From Oikopleura dioica (taxonomy: Eukaryota; Animalia; Chordata): a stretch of 64,000 nt of DNA. This document shows positions 59,422 to 64,000 of this stretch, one piece after another; position 1 is the stretch's first letter; every line of letters starts with the position of its first letter. The notes below the pieces were generated by a model. That model made no database searches and had not been told where the DNA came from. It saw nothing but the letters and a program-made list of their open reading frames with translations. A program made the position numbers and the translations under genes. The stretch covers positions 15,128,001-15,192,000 of the forward strand of contig OU015567.1 of assembly GCA_907165135.1 (NCBI GenBank), in the 5' to 3' direction.

Positions 59422-60388
59422 ATGAATATTTTTACTTTTTATTCGTTTTTGCTTCCTTAGGAAGTGCTTGCTGGTGGGTAGATGACGATGACGACGAGAC
59501 CACCACAACAAGACGCACTACAACAACTCGGCGACCAACAACAACAACGACAACACCACCACCACCACCAACAACATCAACAACAGCAGCAAAGCAAACA
59601 ACAACGACGACTTCCTCAACAACATCGGCAGCTGTAGACGAGACAACAAGTAAAAAGTTGTCAAAGAGAGAAATATTTAAATTTAAGAGATCTCTTTAAG
59701 AGATTGAGAATTAAAAGCCCCCGTCAGCTTTTTCGAAAAATCAAATTTGGAAATTCTTAAATTTTGACCTCGAAAATGGATTCTACGGGTCAAAAATCGA
59801 TTTTAAGGCTCCATTTTTTGGGTTATAAAAACTTTCATTTTTCGAGGGAAAAAGGTGACGGGGGTCCTTAAATAATGGTCTTTACCTAATTTGATGCTTA
59901 ATAAAAATTTCACAACTTCATGCAGTGCTACACTTGATTGCCTTCAATTTAAAAGAATAGGCAGCGATTTATCTGCCTCATGGGATGAAGCGAAGCAAAT
60001 GTGCGAAGATGTCGGTGGAGAATTGTCCTATTTTAATAATGCGACAGAGTTCGAAATGTGGAAATCTCAGCTAGGCGTGGGACGATATCTCACAATTCCA
60101 CATTGGCTTGGAATTAAGAGGTTGATAGGAGGCTTTGGAGTTAGGAGATTGAACGTGAATGTAACCGGCATTGTTGAATCTGAATATATATATTTAAACT
60201 CGGCAGGTGATAAACAAGAGTTTATCTCACCATTGCCGCATTTCGATTCTCCTGGACTCATTGACTGTATACAAATTGGCCGATTTACATTCAATGAAAA
60301 TTGCGACCGGAAGAAATATTTTTCATGTCGATTTGATTATTGCTCAAACAATGGTGAAGGACAACACTCCAATTTCGAGAATGAGTGA
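59422..60388 (+). CDS. Secreted Thr-rich mucin stalk plus C-type lectin domain; apparent 1-nt homopolymer deletion after the ATG
   Basis: FYFLFVFASLGSACWW leader, poly-Thr stretch, SWDEAKQMCEDVGGELSYF..HWLGI..DCIQI..ENCDRKKYFSC. Confidence 0.8.
59715..59867. mobile_element. TTAA-flanked MITE (Kolobok-like termini) in the lectin intron
   Basis: TTAA|AAGCCCCCGTCA...TGACGGGGGTCC|TTAA. Confidence 0.75.
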
Positions 60389-60782
60389 AAATAAACTATC
60401 TTCTTTATCGAAGTTTGACTGCGTGAAACACCCTTTCTTTACTTTTCTTTCATGAAAAAAATGAATAAATGGCCACTATTCAATTTTAATAATAATTTTC
60501 TTCCGATTCCTATCGCACCAGTTATCAGTGAATCTGCAACCACACGGATGGTCAGCCAAGTCAACACTCAAATGAATGACCGAGGAACTCAAACATGCAA
60601 GCTACGAATCTGTTTTAATAAATTTAATTAAGGTCAAAATGAGCAATTATTAATTTCCAATTAATTATTCGACAAATCCATTCTAGTGCAAACTAAATTA
60701 CTTTATAACCTTGACGACCCGAAGTACCGGTCCTTTTTCGCTCTCTTTCGCGGTGGAAGTCGATCGACCACGATAAGCTTAA

Positions 60783-61465
60783 GGGTAGAGTAGGATCCTT
60801 GCGCGCGCCCTTTGACGCAATTTCTTATCCTCAGAGAATCTGATGGGATGATTATGCACCAAAATTTCTTTTGAAAGTTATATTCAAATTTTGCAGGCTT
60901 TCTTCTTGTATAATTCATTTTCTCGCTTATCTGGTTGAGCTGCAATTTACCCTCGATATTTTCTTTCTTTTGCTATCTCCTCCTAGATTATGATAAGCAG
61001 GTCATTGTGACTGGTACTGTTGGAAAGGATTTTCATAGGGCTTTAATAAATGGCTAAAAGATTTTCAAATTTCCGCCTCAGTCACTAATTAGGTCCATAA
61101 ATGACCTATTTATAGGGCGCGCGGCGCACTCCGGGATTAAAAATCGATCATGATTCGCGAGCGAGGCGGAAATTTGAAAATCTTTTAGCCATTTATGAAA
61201 GCCCCATGAAAATCCTTTCCAACAGTACCAGTCACAATGACCTGCTTATCATAATTTAGGAGGAGATAGCAAAAGAAAGAAAAATATCGAGGGAAATTTG
61301 CAGCTCAACCAGATAAGCGAGAAAAATATGAATTATACGAGAAGAAAGCCTGTAAAATTTGAATATAACTTCCAAAAAGAAATTTTGGTGCATAATCATC
61401 CCATCAGATTCTCTGAGGATGAGAAATTGCGTCAAAGGGGCGCGCGCAACGATCCTACTCTACCC
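60783..61465. mobile_element. Foldback element with inverted arms of about 300 bp and TTAA flanks
   Basis: Arms at about 60783-61079 and 61163-61465 are near-perfect reverse complements; TTAA|GGGTAG...CTACCC|TTAA. Confidence 0.88.
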
Positions 61466-61538
61466 TTAAAAAGAAAGAAGGAAGAAGCTACGCGTCCCTC
61501 AAAAGAAGAACACTTTTATCGTCGAGAGGGATGCTTAA

Positions 61539-62223
61539 GGGATCCCCCGATTTCGCCAACTTTGACCTCTATCTACTTTTTTGAGCTTACGTAGGAAGCT
61601 GGTTTTGGGCGCATTAGAATGCCCGCTTTAAAAGGAGCAAATTCTGGTAGAATCAGCTTGCCAGCAAAACATTTGCTTATGCATTACAGGCCGTCAAAGT
61701 GATTAACATTTTGAAAAATGGCCATTTTAGGCCATTTTCAAATCGTATCTACTTTTTTTTGGGCTTTAGGATTCAAAATCTTTTTAGTTTATCTAAAAGT
61801 ATAGACGCTCATCTTTATTTTTTGGTAGAATCAGCATGATCGGATAAGTTAATAAAAAAATTCTTGTTGTAAAACTTTTTGATACCATTTTTGCCGTTTT
61901 TTGGGTGTTTAAATGCTCTCTAGCGCCATCAATTGGCCGAAAAGTCAAGTGCGGTTATTATTTTCGTAATCTACACATTCTAAGCTTTCAATAGACCCCT
62001 TATTTGTCCTATTTCGATGAAAATGAAAAATCGAAAAAAATTGCGATTTTCACGCTAAGTACAATTTACATGCATTTTCCCGAACTTTGGGAGCGAAAAT
62101 TTCGGGGATGCATTTATGTAAAGGGGTACTATCATATATCAAAATGATTCTCAGAACACGAGGAATCTTATCATTGGCAATAATGGCCGGTGCCAAAGTT
62201 TTGAAAAATCGGGGGGTGATCCC
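61539..62223. mobile_element. Non-autonomous TIR element with TTAA flanks
   Basis: TTAA|GGGATCCCCCGATTT...AAATCGGGGGGTGATCCC|TTAA. Confidence 0.78.
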
Positions 62224-62769
62224 TTAATAATCTGAAAATCTTTCTTCTCGAAAATTTCGAGTCGAAATCGTGCGGTTTAGAAGCAAGTTTAACCTGAGGA
62301 TGCATTAACGCTTGAACGCATATTGCGCAGATTTCTGCGCCGTGCCCCTTTGAAGCTCGATATCTCGTACTTTTTTGACCAAAATTTTAAATGTACCCCC
62401 ACTTTAGGAGCTCTTTTTCGATGAGGAATCCGAATCTTGCATTGAAAAAAAAAATTTGACTTCAGGATAAAAATTTGGCTTCAGAATGAAAATTTCCGAT
62501 TTTTACGAATCATGTTTTTTAGGTTTTAAACAGTTCTGTATTCATCTTTCCGTCGATAAAAAATATTCTTTTCGACGTTTTATCGCATTTCTGCATCGAA
62601 TTCAATATAAATTTTATTTGAAAAGTCATTTTTGGTGTTTTAGTTGCTCCCAAAGTTTCAAACTTGTATCTATTACAGGGAAAAAGTTGATTTTTTTGTG
62701 CGTTATGCCTATAAATATCTTTTTTGAATGCTTGCATTTAAGATCAATGAAAAAGAAAAAAAAAGTTGA

Positions 62770-62905
62770 CTGCTTAAAGCGAAAGCGAAGCGAAGGCGAA
62801 AGGATCTTTCTCTCGGGGGCGAGAGGGAAAATTTCGCTTCGCTTTCGCTTCGCCTTCGCTTTGATGCGAATTTTCCAAGCGAATTTAAATGCCTGGTCAC
62901 CCCTG
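62770..62905. repeat. Family C (GCGAA)n MITE fragment ending in GGTCACCCCTG
   Basis: Inverted GCGAA/TTCGC arrays with a hAT-like CAGGGG terminus. Confidence 0.6.
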
Positions 62906-63089
62906 ATATCGAGTTTATTACTAACTTGGAATAATCTACAGTTAGACCCACCTTTCGGCCTATATTGACGAGCTGAAAAAAGTACAGTAACAGATTTTTT
63001 TGATATTTTCTGCCCCAAAAATAGGTTTTTGAAATCATCTTCGCTTTTGAGTGTCTGATTGCTAAAGATTCTTGCCAGAGAATGCGTTT

Positions 63090-63255
63090 CAATTCAAGCG
63101 AAAAAATTTTCGCTTTTTTTCGCAATTTTCAATGATATTTCGCTTCGCACATAGGCGAAAAATTCGCTTCGCTTTCGATTCGCAAAAAATTTGAAAAAAT
63201 GTTTCGCTTTCGCTTCGCTTTCGCACTAGGATTTCGGCTGATATTAAGACCCCTG
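63090..63255. repeat. Family C (TTCGC)n MITE fragment ending in GACCCCTG
   Basis: TTCGC arrays with a CAGGGG-type terminus. Confidence 0.6.
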
Positions 63256-63503
63256 TTCCACTCATTTTCTCTCTCTCTTTAGACTTGCAGAATAAGTATT
63301 CTGTCAAACAGAGGGTGGTTATATTTGCTTTACTGAGTTATAAAATAAAGATAAGCATCTTCAAAGTATAAACTAATCGCATGATCTGGCAGTTTTGGTG
63401 GGAAAAATGTTCTCTGTAACCGGCGATTAATAACAAAAATGTTTAAATATTTGTTGGCTGATAATGACCAATAAACCCTCGCGCTACTTTTCTTCCATTG
63501 AGA

Positions 63504-64000
63504 ATGTCAGAGAAAAAGAAAAATGATCGCATAAATAGTTTGGAATGTCCACTTGGGGATTTTAGAACAGATATCACCGATGCCGACGTCGAAAGTCACT
63601 ACAAAAGATCAATCAAGACAAACAAATTAAACACTAATTGCGGAAACGAAACGAAACACAAGGTTTGTTGATTTGTTATTTATCGAAAAATCTTCTTCAT
63701 CAAATTAAGATTCGAGCATTAATGGATGCGCACTTTCATTTGAGTGAAACGAATAAAAAACAGGCACAGAAGATCAAGGGACTAGAAAAACAAGTGAATG
63801 AATTGAAAGAGAGTCTGTCGAAATTGATGAAAAATACTCACAGCGAATCCTGCTCAACGAAAACAGCGCATGTGGAGATGTCAAGCTATGAAGAACATAC
63901 CGGTAGTCAATTAGAGTCCACAGAGTCACCGGTACCAAGTGAGGAATCTTTTTCATCCATCGAATTCTCTGAACGACAGAAAACAACGGAAACGAATGAC
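63504..64000 (+). CDS. Orphan coiled-coil protein, paralog 2 (runs off the window end)
   Basis: Same first-exon motif and intron position as 55552; upstream 200 bp also similar. Confidence 0.65.

Noticed and set aside
60703-61594. Paired ORFs MQLNQISEK..
   Set aside because: They are chance ORFs in the two arms of the foldback element.
1-64000. tRNA, rRNA, 5S/SL RNA and autonomous transposase genes
   Set aside because: No recognisable signatures were seen by eye; a covariance-model search would be needed to exclude them.

Overview
Compact, intron-rich, AT-rich animal genomic DNA. It is most consistent with the appendicularian tunicate Oikopleura (inference from 40-60 nt introns, frequent GA-AG and GC-AG splice sites, chordate-type genes, tight gene spacing and TTAGGG tracts). 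Recognisable genes: ASIC channel, Frizzled 5/8-like, three tandem FKRP-like (LicD) genes (third frameshifted), LIV-1 type ZIP with a degenerate metal site, two inverted near-identical intronless Met/Leu/Asp-rich genes, a highly divergent Axin (RGS + GSK3 helix + DIX), heme oxygenase, NUDT14-like, COX6A-like fragment, a minimal Phactr-like gene, a CAP/SCP protein, an isochorismatase-family hydrolase, an EGF/Cys-rich/PAN protein, a C-type lectin and several orphans. Non-autonomous DNA transposons are dense: at least 14 copies of one hAT-like MITE, three (CTGAG)n MITEs, a 9-bp-TSD element and TTAA-flanked elements. Top signals are (1) a hAT-like MITE inside the heme oxygenase coding sequence that forms a GT-AG intron from its own end and its TSD, with two related intron-gain candidates, and (2) the cryptic minimal Axin. 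All homology calls come from motif recognition by eye, not database searches, and multi-exon boundaries are approximate.
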